Shown piece after piece: positions 21,247 to 30,431 of a stretch of 64,000 bases of DNA; position 1 is the first letter of the stretch; each line of letters opens with the position of its first letter. The position numbers were made by a program, and so were the translations under genes. The notes below the pieces were generated by a model, which saw only the letters and a program-made list of their open reading frames with translations, searched no databases and had not been told where the DNA came from. Source of the stretch: an uncultured Planctomycetota bacterium (GTDB taxonomy: Bacteria; Planctomycetota; Planctomycetia; Isosphaerales; Isosphaeraceae); assembly GCA_963823665.1 (NCBI GenBank), contig CAWGMQ010000004.1:64001-128000 (forward strand), in the 5' to 3' direction.

Positions 21247-22177
21247 ATGCCCAGCGGCAAGTACCAGCAAAGTGCCTCGCGCGCCAATCCGGCGTGCATC
21301 ATCTTCCTGCTCGACCAATCCTACTCGATGAACAACGGGATTGCCGGCAGTCCGCGGCCCAAGATCGACGCGCTGGCGACCGGGATCAACCGGTTCCTCG
21401 CCGATCTCATCACCCTTTGCGAGAAGGGTGAAGAAAAGCCGCGCAACTACTTCGACGTGGGCGTGATCGGCTATACGACCGATCGGATCGACCCACCCAA
21501 CCCCATCATCGGCTCCGTGCTCTCCGGAGCCAACGGAACGCTCGCCGGGCCGAGACCTGGTCTCCGTGAGCGACTTGTTTGACGACCCGCTGGCAATCGA
21601 AGACAAGCAGAAGATGGTCGACGACGGGGCCGGCGGCTTGATCAGCACGACCTTCAAGCTGCCGGTCTGGTATCGCAAGCCGGCCGACGCCCAGATGAGC
21701 GGCACGCCGATGTGTGCGGCGCTCGAATATGTGCGGAATATCGTGGCGCCGTGGTGCGCCAGCCATCCCGGCAGCTTCCCGCCAGTCGTCATTCACTTGA
21801 CCGACGGCGAGCCGACCGACGGCGAGCCCCAGGCGGCTGCCGATGCGCTCAAGGGGCTCTCGACCGACGACGGCGAGCTGCTGCTGTTCAACTGCCACAT
21901 CTCGGAGTCGCAGGCAAGCCCGGTCGTCTTCCCGAACAGCGAGCAAATCCTGCCGGATGAGCTGGCGAAATCACTCTTCCGGATGTCGAGCGAGCTGCCC
22001 GACAAGCTGCGCGGCGTCGCGGAGTCGAAGGGCGTGCTGGTGGGCCTCGGAGCGCGGGGCATGGTCTTCAACGCCGACGGAGCACAGATGCTGCTCCTCA
22101 TCCAGATGGGAACAGTGGGCGCACAGCAGGCAGCGCCCACGGAGTCATCCGCACCGCATTCACCGCTCCACTATTGA
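21247..22177 (+). CDS. TerY-like vWA domain protein (frameshift near 21550)
   Basis: SRANPACIIFLLDQSYSM (MIDAS DxSxS), GTPMCAAL, FPPVVIHLTDGEPTDG, LLFNCHIS, LFRMSSELP. Confidence 0.9.
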
Positions 22178-22224
22178 TTGATCGCGTCGCGCTTTTTGAA
22201 ACCTCAAGCGGTGATTTCTGGGCC

Positions 22225-23500
22225 ATGAGCATGCCATTCGAAAACGACGAAGCGAACCGAGCCGGCGATCATCAGCTCCGATCGCTGCTGGTCAACAAGC
22301 TGTCCGCCGCGCGAAGGCTCGGCGACTTCGTTCGTGGTCTGTGGTCGAGCGCAGAAAGCCCCGAAACGCAGCCTGAGGCCGGCCCCGAGATTCCCGCCGG
22401 GAGCCTGCCGCTGCCCGACGTGGCTCTGGCAGCCGGAGCTTGTCGTCGCAGAATCTGAGCCCGAGAGCATTCCCGAGCCCGCAGCAGAACCGGCGCGACC
22501 CGCTCGGTTCGAGCTGCGCGTGCTCTGGGCCCCGAAGGGAGGCAACGACGAGAACGAGTGGGAAGACGGCTACGCCACCAATGCCGGCAACGGCATCGTT
22601 GCGCTCGCCGACGGCGCCGGCGACGGCATTTTCTCAAAACTGTGGGCCGACCTCTTGCTCGAAAGCTTCGTCGCCGAACCCATACCGCTCGAAGACGCGG
22701 CCGCGGTCGAGCCGTGGATTCTGGCGCAGCGGCGGGCGTGGCTCGATGCCATCCGGTACCCGGACCAGCGCTGGTCGATCCAGATGAAGATCGATCGATC
22801 GTGCGGCGCGGCGACGTTCGTCTCCCTCAAGCTCGATCCCGGGAGCGACGCGGGCGACGATCCGGGCCAGGCGATCGGCTGGACCGCCTGGGCCGTGGGC
22901 GATGCCTGCTTGTTCCACATTCGCGGCGGCGGCCTGACCGGGTCGTTCCCGGTCACGGCCTCGAGCGAGTTCGGCACCACGCCTTACCTCTATCAGTCGA
23001 AGCCGATGCGGCCGACGCCCACCGCGGTCGTGACGCGAGGAGAGCTGGGGCCGGACGACCTGATCATCTTTGCCACCGACGCCGTGGCCCAGCGGCTGCT
23101 CTTTGAAGTCGAGTCCGGAGCTCCGCCGGATTGGCGCCGTTTCTGGGACCTCGATCAGGAGACCTGGCGGCAGGAAATCGCGGAGCTCCGGGCACAAAAC
23201 GCAATTGTCAACGACGATTGCACGCTCCTGGTCATTCGCCTGCCGGTCGCGTCGCCGGAAGCTGCGGAACCGTACGACATCGAGCCGGCCCAGGTACCCG
23301 CTGATGCAGCGCCCGAGGAGATAGCCCCGACGGTATTCGACATGGCATGCGTCCGGGAAGTGACCGGCCGCCACGAGCAAGAGTGTGAGCCAACATCCGT
23401 GGCCGAGAGTGAAAGCGAGTTCGACGGCTCGCCCACGGCAATGCGTTCGGATAGCGCAACGTCCGAGCGGCCCTCGTCACGGGACGACGATCATGATTGA
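22225..23500 (+). CDS. PP2C-family protein phosphatase, TerY-P type (frameshift near 22430)
   Basis: PKGG...EWED, ALADGAG, GAATF, AVGDACLF, FATDAVA, NDDCTL. Acidic low-complexity ends. Confidence 0.85.
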
Positions 23501-25934
23501 ACAACGTAAGCTGCCAGTGCCGATTTGCCCGGCGATCGCAATGGCGGCGCTCTTGATCGCAGCCGGCGGCCGCGCCGCGCCGGTGATGGCGCAGGATGCT
23601 CCCAACGAAAAAGCAACGACCGCGGCGCAACGGCTTGTGGCGAAGCTGCGGGCGGCGTGCGAGTCAGAAGTCAAGCTGCGCGGGGTGTTGGTCGAGGCGG
23701 ACGAGCTGCACGACGGCCTCCTTTCGCTCAAGGGAACGATCGATCGCCGGGAGCAGGCGAGCTTGATCGAGGCGGAAGCCAAGCGATTGCTGGACGAAAC
23801 GCCGGCCTGGAAAGCCGATGTTCCAGGCGGAGTGAGCGCCGCCAAGCTGATCGTATTTCCGATCAGGAGCGAGGTGCTCCCGAAGCTGCGCGCCGACATG
23901 GCCAAAGCGGCATCGCCCGCGGCGGCCAATCCCAGCTTGTTCCGTCAGACCCGGATTGACGACCTTTATTTCGATGCGGATGGATGTTTGCGGGTCGACG
24001 CCCTGTGCATCAATCAGCGAGCCTATCTCGCGCGCAAGAACCCGGCCGCGTTTCCGAAGGACGACCCGGTGGGGGAGATTCGCCGGGAGGTCCATAAACG
24101 GCTGCAGGGCTATCCTCTTCCGGAAAATGTCGACCGAAAGTTGATCGCAGATCTTCGAGGCGGCCGGCTTGCATTCGAGCCAAACCCGGCGCGGCTTCTA
24201 CAGCAGTTTGCGAATGAGGCAAAGCTCGACGACGTTGTGTTCCGTGACGCGTGGTTTGACGCGAAGGGTGAGCTGAAGGTCGACGGTCTGCTCGGTGGCG
24301 AAAAGACGGACGAGCGAGCTTTGGCGGCGAGCCTGGCGGCCCGGCCCGAGGTCGCGAGTGTGTATGCTAGACCCTCCGGTGAGCCGGCGATGAAGCCCGC
24401 AGACGTGGTCGCGCCGATGTCGGTTGCTCCGTGGCGAACGACGCTGCTCGCGGGCGTTCAGAAACGCTTCGCGGACGACGCGAATTCCAAGGGGTCCTTG
24501 AGCATTCTACGTCATTGCCGGATTGACCGCGCACGGTTCACGTGCTCGGAAAACGCGGGCCTGACCCTCAAGTTTGAATTCGTCGCGCTGGTCACTGGCA
24601 AAGAGCAGGTTGCCGTCGGCACACACCTCATGAAGGCCAGCAAAGAACAGATCAAGTTCCCATTCGACGTGGATCCGATCCCCACACGCCTCAACTCGCC
24701 TCTTCCCGCGCTGCAGCAGAAAGTGGCGACGACTCCCGCGCTCGACGGCGCACGGCTGGACGATCTGGTATTTGGTCCGACCGGCAAGCCGACGCTGGTG
24801 GGTCGATGGCTCGGGCCCGCGCAGGCGGAGACAATTGATGCGGTGCTGGTCCCCCTGGTCGTGGAGCACACAAAGGGAAAGGTAACCGGTCCGCTCGAGA
24901 AGAGGTTGATCGCACTCCCAAGCGACCGGCTGCTCAAAAGCCTTCGGAAGAGGTTGCTCACCTCGCCCAACGAGACCAGCCTCGATCGGCTCTTCTTCCG
25001 GCCCGCCGCCCTACAAAACGTCCGCCCCGAGATCGTGCTGCAAGGGGCCACGCTCGAGACCACGCTTTCGGAGACGAAGAGTCATATCGAATGGTGGTTG
25101 AAGGTCGATGAGCTTGCCAGGGACGTGGGTACCGCGGTCGTCGAGCTCACGCCTCGTTCCAGGAGCCTTCTCACCGAGCTGCGCAAGCTGGTGGCGGGCG
25201 ACACGGCGCTCGACGGGGTGCTGGTCAAGAGCGCTTCGTTTGACGAAGAAAACAACCTTGTCCTCACAGGCCGCCAGGACCGCGACGGCCAGGCGCAGGG
25301 TGCCATCGCGCTCATTCCGAAAGCCGCGGCCGTCGCCTGGAAGGGATTGCCGCCTCCAAAAGCCGCGGCGGAAGGAGCTTTCGCCGTTTTTCCGCTTGCG
25401 TCGTTGCTCAAGGACTTGTCGAGCAAACTCCAATCCTACAGTGAATCCGACGGCGTGATGTTGACACGAGCATACTATGACGAGAAGGCTGAGCTGGTGC
25501 TTGCCGGGCGGGCCTCGAGCCCGCGGGGCGACCACTCGCCGCTCGAGCGGCGAATCAAAATGTTGATCGGGGACGATGCAGATATCAAGCTGGCGTCGCT
25601 CTCGCTCAAGCCCGAAGAAGCCGACCCCGAGCGGAAAGACAAGATCGTGGGCAAGAGCGTCGACGCGCTTGCCGCGGGAAATCTCGCGAGCTTCCCCCTG
25701 AGCGATCTCGACGAGGTCGTTTTCCTGGCGCCCAAGGATTCGATGGCCTGGTACCTGCGCGGAGCTTACTACTACCTGAGCAGGGATCAACCCCTTGCGA
25801 AGCGAGATCTCGGTCGCGCCCGCGCACTGGAAAAAAAATATCCGTCTTTGGACCGTGATCGGCGCCAGATCCTGGAGCGATTTCAAGGGCCCCTTCGTTC
25901 GACGCTCGAGGAGCTGATGGAGGCATCGCGTTAG
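23493..25934 (+). CDS. Secreted protein with ~8 BON-like repeats and a C-terminal TPR
   Basis: Signal peptide ending VMA-QD. Recurring LDGVxLxxxxFDxxGxLxLxG units. AWYLRGAYYY...AKRDLGRA TPR. Start overlaps the PP2C stop. Confidence 0.7.
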   Translation: MIEQRKLPVPICPAIAMAALLIAAGGRAAPVMAQDAPNEKATTAAQRLVAKLRAACESEVKLRGVLVEADELHDGLLSLKGTIDRREQASLIEAEAKRLLDETPAWKADVPGGVSAAKLIVFPIRSEVLPKLRADMAKAASPAAANPSLFRQTRIDDLYFDADGCLRVDALCINQRAYLARKNPAAFPKDDPVGEIRREVHKRLQGYPLPENVDRKLIADLRGGRLAFEPNPARLLQQFANEAKLDDVVFRDAWFDAKGELKVDGLLGGEKTDERALAASLAARPEVASVYARPSGEPAMKPADVVAPMSVAPWRTTLLAGVQKRFADDANSKGSLSILRHCRIDRARFTCSENAGLTLKFEFVALVTGKEQVAVGTHLMKASKEQIKFPFDVDPIPTRLNSPLPALQQKVATTPALDGARLDDLVFGPTGKPTLVGRWLGPAQAETIDAVLVPLVVEHTKGKVTGPLEKRLIALPSDRLLKSLRKRLLTSPNETSLDRLFFRPAALQNVRPEIVLQGATLETTLSETKSHIEWWLKVDELARDVGTAVVELTPRSRSLLTELRKLVAGDTALDGVLVKSASFDEENNLVLTGRQDRDGQAQGAIALIPKAAAVAWKGLPPPKAAAEGAFAVFPLASLLKDLSSKLQSYSESDGVMLTRAYYDEKAELVLAGRASSPRGDHSPLERRIKMLIGDDADIKLASLSLKPEEADPERKDKIVGKSVDALAAGNLASFPLSDLDEVVFLAPKDSMAWYLRGAYYYLSRDQPLAKRDLGRARALEKKYPSLDRDRRQILERFQGPLRSTLEELMEASR

Positions 25935-25947
25935 TCGGAGGTTTCCG

Positions 25948-27555
25948 ATGGCGACCGGCGGCCTGGAGGGTATGACCGATGGTGCGCCGCCGGCCTGGTC
26001 TCGTTTCAGGGTCTGGGTGGATGCGAGCGTCGGTGTCACCCTCGTCGTTGTGCTTGGAGTGATCTACGTCGTGGATGCTCGGACGTTCTCTTCGGCGCCA
26101 CCTGCGCTTTCACAATCGGACCACAGGGAGGCGGCGCTCGAGCCCCCCGAGCCGCCCCCGCCGCCTCCACTCGAGGAGCGCGCTGCGTTCGATCCGACCC
26201 CCAGAATCGAGCTTCACACGACGGACGACGGCCGGTTCGGCCTGCTTTGCCTCTCCGGCAACCCCGACGACAGCACCGACGACGGCAAGAGGCTGACGTT
26301 CAGCCCGGACGGGAAGACGAACAACACGCGCGTCATGGTCGACGGCCGGGCGCCCATCTTCGGCGGATCGCAGGGCGAGACCCTCGAGTCGTGGCACGCC
26401 GGTCCCGGCGAATCGACGGTCATGGACTGGTCCTATCGAGATGTACTGGTGCGGCAATCGCTCCGGCTCGTGCCCGGCGAAGTCTCGCACCGCGTCGATA
26501 CCGTGCGCGTGGCATACGAGCTCACGAACAAGGGTTCGAAGACCCGCCAGGTGGGTCTGCGCGTCATGCTGGATACGCTCATCGGGGATAACGACGGTGT
26601 GCCGTTCATCGTGCCCGGCCGCGACGGGATCGTCACCCGAACGCTGGACATGACTGGGGGCGACGTGCCTGACTTCGTGCGCTCGCTCGAGCGGCCGAGC
26701 CTCGCGAGCCCGGGTGTGATCGTTGATCTCAACCTCGTGCCCGAACCGGGCGAGCCCCGGCCCAGCGAGGTTTTGCTTTCTCACTGGCCCGGTGCGGAGG
26801 CGGGATGGTCCTACGCTCGCCCCGCGTCGTTTGTCGACGACACGGCGGTGGCCGTCTATTACGCGCCCCAGGCCCTCGAGCCGGGCCAGACGCGTTCGAT
26901 CGGATTTGGATACGGCCTGGGAACGATATCGAGCACCGGGACCAGAAATGCGCAGTTGAGCCTCACAGCCGGCGGCCCGATCAAGGCCGGTGCAGCGTTC
27001 TGGCTGGTCGCGCTCGTGAACAAGCCCCGGCCGGGCCAGACGGTCACGCTCGTATTGCCGCAGGGGCTGGCACCTCGCCGTCCCGGATCACTCTCGCAAT
27101 CGGTGCAGGGCTCCGGCGCATACACGCAGTTGAGCTGGCTGGTCGAGGTCGCACCGGAAGTTCTCGGAGAGGTAACGGTCGCAGCCTTACTGGAGCCTGG
27201 CGGAATCAGCGAACAGCAATCGCTCAGTGTCGGGCCCGCGGACGCACAGCTATCGCTCGTGCCTCGTGGACCGTTCCGTTCGGGCCGGCCATTCTGGATC
27301 TCGGCGCTCGTGCATAACCCGCATTCCGGTCAGTCGGTAACCGTTACACTTCCCGACGGCTTGACTCTCGCGAAAGGCCACACCCCGTCGAAAAGCACGG
27401 GTGCCGCTGATCCGGCCGGATTTGCCCAGATCAATTGGCTGGTAATTCCCACATCGCGCCAGGGCGGCCGTGTGGAGCTTCAAGCGCAGCTTGTTCCCGA
27501 AGGGGTCGTTGCCCGTGCGACAGTCGAGATCAAGCCCGGTGATTTGACGCATTGA
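25948..27555 (+). CDS. Membrane-anchored beta-rich extracytoplasmic protein with two tandem Ig-like repeats
   Basis: N-terminal TM, Pro linker, GNPDDSTDDGKRL...VGLRVMLDTLIGDNDGVPF domain, two AQLSL...FW..ALV..P..GQ.V...LP.GL...Q..WLV repeats. Confidence 0.75.
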   Translation: MATGGLEGMTDGAPPAWSRFRVWVDASVGVTLVVVLGVIYVVDARTFSSAPPALSQSDHREAALEPPEPPPPPPLEERAAFDPTPRIELHTTDDGRFGLLCLSGNPDDSTDDGKRLTFSPDGKTNNTRVMVDGRAPIFGGSQGETLESWHAGPGESTVMDWSYRDVLVRQSLRLVPGEVSHRVDTVRVAYELTNKGSKTRQVGLRVMLDTLIGDNDGVPFIVPGRDGIVTRTLDMTGGDVPDFVRSLERPSLASPGVIVDLNLVPEPGEPRPSEVLLSHWPGAEAGWSYARPASFVDDTAVAVYYAPQALEPGQTRSIGFGYGLGTISSTGTRNAQLSLTAGGPIKAGAAFWLVALVNKPRPGQTVTLVLPQGLAPRRPGSLSQSVQGSGAYTQLSWLVEVAPEVLGEVTVAALLEPGGISEQQSLSVGPADAQLSLVPRGPFRSGRPFWISALVHNPHSGQSVTVTLPDGLTLAKGHTPSKSTGAADPAGFAQINWLVIPTSRQGGRVELQAQLVPEGVVARATVEIKPGDLTH

Positions 27556-27564
27556 GAGGTGTGT

Positions 27565-28788
27565 ATGTCTCTAGGACGGCTGATTTACTATAGTGCGATT
27601 ATCGGCGGGTGGTCGGCTCTTGTAGGGTGGCTGATCTCGGAGCTCACGCTGAGCCCCGGCGAAGGGAATCTGAGCGTTGCACTCACGTGCGCGCTCGTCG
27701 GCGCTGCGATCGGAATGGGACTGAACTTGCTCGCCGGGATGGCCAACGCCCGGTTCACCCAGCAGTTGAAGCGAGCCGTGCCGGGCTTGCTCGCGGGGGG
27801 ATTGGGCGGAGCGGTTGGAGGATTTCTGGGAAACGTCCTGTTCAGCGTCTTCAGCGTTTTCGGCGCCAATGTCCGGGCAATCGGCTGGATGGTGATGGGG
27901 GCCGGGATCGGTGTCGTCGAAGGGCTTTACGAGCGATCGCCGGCGAAGTTGCGCAACGGGCTGATCGGGGGTGCGATCGGGGGGTTTCTGGGCGGGATCC
28001 TCTTTGACCCGATCTCGCACATGATGGCGTCGAGCTCCTCCGGCATGAGCAGCCGGGCGACCGCATTCGTGATTCTGGGTATGTGCATCGGTATCTTGAT
28101 CGGCCTCGTGAAGGTCGTTTTCAAGGACGCGTGGCTCACGGTCCTGGACGGCTACCGCCCTGGCCGCCAGCTTATTCTCTCGGACGCACAGACAATCCTG
28201 GGCCGGGCCGAGTATGCGGCCTTGCCGTTCATGGGCAAGAACGATTCCACGCTGGAACTGGTCCACGCCAAGATCGTGCGCCAGCCCAACGGACGATTCG
28301 TCCTCGAAGACAACAAGACCAAGGAGGGCACGCGGCTGAATAATGTGCGGATCGACGGCCCGACGGTGCTGAGCGACGGAGACGTGATCCGCGTGGGGTA
28401 CAACTCGATCAAGTTCAGCGAGCGCCACCGCAAGGCCGGCGAGCCTGCCATGGCTCAAGCGGCCCCCCCAGCCAGGCCGACGGTCCAGGCACCGGCTCCG
28501 GTGCCGATCCCCCCGCTGCCGGCCGCAGCGACCACCGTCAAGCCGCCGGCCTCGGCTGTTCCTCCATCGAGCAGACAGGCTCCGATTCCAGCCGCTTCCC
28601 CCGTCATGAAGCCGCCGGCTCCGGCGCCCGCGCCGAAGCCCGTGCCGGCCGCACCGCTTGCTGCAACCGCCAGCCCTCGACCGCCTGCGCCGGTGACCGC
28701 GTTCGACGGATCGATGATTTGTCCAAGCTGCAAGAAGCCCGTACCCAAGGGCCAGCGTTACTGCATCGTCTGCGACATGTATTTCTGA
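27565..28788 (+). CDS. Gly-rich multi-TM protein with FHA domain, Pro-rich linker and C-terminal Zn ribbon
   Basis: About 6 GxxxG-rich TMs. AWLTVLDG...ILGR...HAKI...GTRLN...LSDGDVIRVG. CPSC...YCIVCDMYF. Confidence 0.85.
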   Translation: MSLGRLIYYSAIIGGWSALVGWLISELTLSPGEGNLSVALTCALVGAAIGMGLNLLAGMANARFTQQLKRAVPGLLAGGLGGAVGGFLGNVLFSVFSVFGANVRAIGWMVMGAGIGVVEGLYERSPAKLRNGLIGGAIGGFLGGILFDPISHMMASSSSGMSSRATAFVILGMCIGILIGLVKVVFKDAWLTVLDGYRPGRQLILSDAQTILGRAEYAALPFMGKNDSTLELVHAKIVRQPNGRFVLEDNKTKEGTRLNNVRIDGPTVLSDGDVIRVGYNSIKFSERHRKAGEPAMAQAAPPARPTVQAPAPVPIPPLPAAATTVKPPASAVPPSSRQAPIPAASPVMKPPAPAPAPKPVPAAPLAATASPRPPAPVTAFDGSMICPSCKKPVPKGQRYCIVCDMYF

Positions 28789-28792
28789 GCGG

Positions 28793-30364
28793 TCATTCAC
28801 GCGTCTGCGCGTCGCGTTCGTCCAGGATGATGACGAGCGCGCGCTCGGCAGCCTGCTTGACCAGAGCGTCCCGATCGTCGCACAAGGAGCGGATTTTCGG
28901 GACGGCAATCGCGGACTTGGTTCCGAAGTGTCCAAGCGCCTCGATGGCTGCGATGCGAGCGGGTCCGGAATCCGAGCGAAGGACACCCAGAAGAGCCGTC
29001 ACCGCTTTGTCGGCCAGCGGAGTGTCCGGGGCGATCAGGCCCAGCGCTCGAGCCGCTTCTTGCTCGATGTTAACGTTGTGGCCGGGGCCAGATTCCCTCA
29101 CCAGTTGGATGAGGACGGGGATGGCCGGCGCGGCGTCCGGGCCGAAATGGCTCAGGGCATAGATCGCGGGGGACTGAAGGATGCGGTCGCCGGATCGGAG
29201 CGTGTCGGTCAGCCGCGCGATTGCCTCTTCGGAAAACTCTGACCCGGGTGCGATTCGACCGAGAACGCCAGAGGCGGCCGACGCGAGATTCTGTCGTGCG
29301 TAACCCGGCACGGGTCCATCTTTGCCGACTGGGTCCGTCAAGATGCGAAGCAGATCGGGGACGGCGTCTCCCGCTTTGGGCCCGAGCCGGCCCAGGAGAT
29401 TGGTGACCGCCGATCGGACTGCCCAATCGCGACTTTCCAGGCCCTTGATCAGAGCCGGCACGCATTCCGCTGTGACTGCTGGTGGAAGGATGTCCGCGTT
29501 CAACGCGCGCAATCCCCTGGTGCGGACCGCTTCGTCAGGGTCATGCTCCGCCAGTTCCACCAGGGAAGGCATCCACGAATCGAGGCCGCGCCGAAATTTA
29601 GCCAGCGTGCGGACCGCCGATTCTCGGTTCTCGGCTGATTGATCCTTCAAGCTCGTTGCGAGCGCCTGAGGTGGCCCGGCCATTGAGCCGGCCGCGGCGG
29701 CCAGAGCGACGATGGCCGCACCGCGAACCTTGACCTCGGGATCGCCAAGCAAGTCGGTAACGGCGGCGATCACCGCGCGGGTATCAACCGGAGTGTTACC
29801 CACGGCCGTAGCACGCGGCGCCGCTTTCATTCCGCCAGGTAGAGGCGTGTCGTCGACGAGTAGACGCCGCGCGGAGGCGATGTACCCCAGGGTGATCGCC
29901 GACGCGGCCCGCACACCCGGCTGCGGATCGTGCAGTAACTTGACGAGCGCCGTTACCGCAGCGGCGATGGACTGGCGGTCGGCGCCGGTCTCAACAACAC
30001 GAATGCCAAACTCGCCGAGCGCTTCGGCCGATGCGGCGCGGACCTGCGGATCCTGGTCGTCGAGCATTTCGGTCAGCGAACGGACGGCGATCGCATTGTC
30101 CGCGAAGCTCAGCCGGCCCAGGACCTGAATCGCCGCCACGCGTTTTGTCGTATTCGGCAACCGTAGCGTCTCACGCGCGCGGGCCTCGAGTGCTCGCTCC
30201 TCAGCGAGGTATGGATCGCGGTTCTGCCACACCACGCGCGCCATCCACAAAATCAGCGCGCAGCACGCAACCAGCGCGATCAGCCCGCGCAGACCCGTCT
30301 GATAGCGCCGGGCCCGTTTGACCTTGGGCAACTCTGCTGGAGGAGGATCATCATGCTCGGCCAT
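28793..30364 (-). CDS. HEAT/PBS-lyase repeat protein with N-terminal membrane anchor
   Basis: Repeated L.D.D..VR.A.A.ALG and G..A..AVP.L motifs. RRYQTGLRGLIALVACCALILW anchor. Confidence 0.9.
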   Translation of the reverse strand: MAEHDDPPPAELPKVKRARRYQTGLRGLIALVACCALILWMARVVWQNRDPYLAEERALEARARETLRLPNTTKRVAAIQVLGRLSFADNAIAVRSLTEMLDDQDPQVRAASAEALGEFGIRVVETGADRQSIAAAVTALVKLLHDPQPGVRAASAITLGYIASARRLLVDDTPLPGGMKAAPRATAVGNTPVDTRAVIAAVTDLLGDPEVKVRGAAIVALAAAAGSMAGPPQALATSLKDQSAENRESAVRTLAKFRRGLDSWMPSLVELAEHDPDEAVRTRGLRALNADILPPAVTAECVPALIKGLESRDWAVRSAVTNLLGRLGPKAGDAVPDLLRILTDPVGKDGPVPGYARQNLASAASGVLGRIAPGSEFSEEAIARLTDTLRSGDRILQSPAIYALSHFGPDAAPAIPVLIQLVRESGPGHNVNIEQEAARALGLIAPDTPLADKAVTALLGVLRSDSGPARIAAIEALGHFGTKSAIAVPKIRSLCDDRDALVKQAAERALVIILDERDAQTRE

Positions 30365-30431
30365 GCCAGCCTCCTGCGTCGATCCACGCGCCCGTATGGG
30401 GATTCACTACGACCCGTATCTGACAATCATA

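Noticed and set aside
21247..23500. Tellurite-resistance (ter) operon
   Set aside because: No TerB/C/D/Z-like genes seen, only the TerY-P triad.
25011..28986. Long antisense ORFs (25011-26039, 27571-28986; similarly 56701-57999, 61494-62501)
   Set aside because: Shadow ORFs expected in high-GC DNA opposite well-supported genes, with no recognisable motifs.
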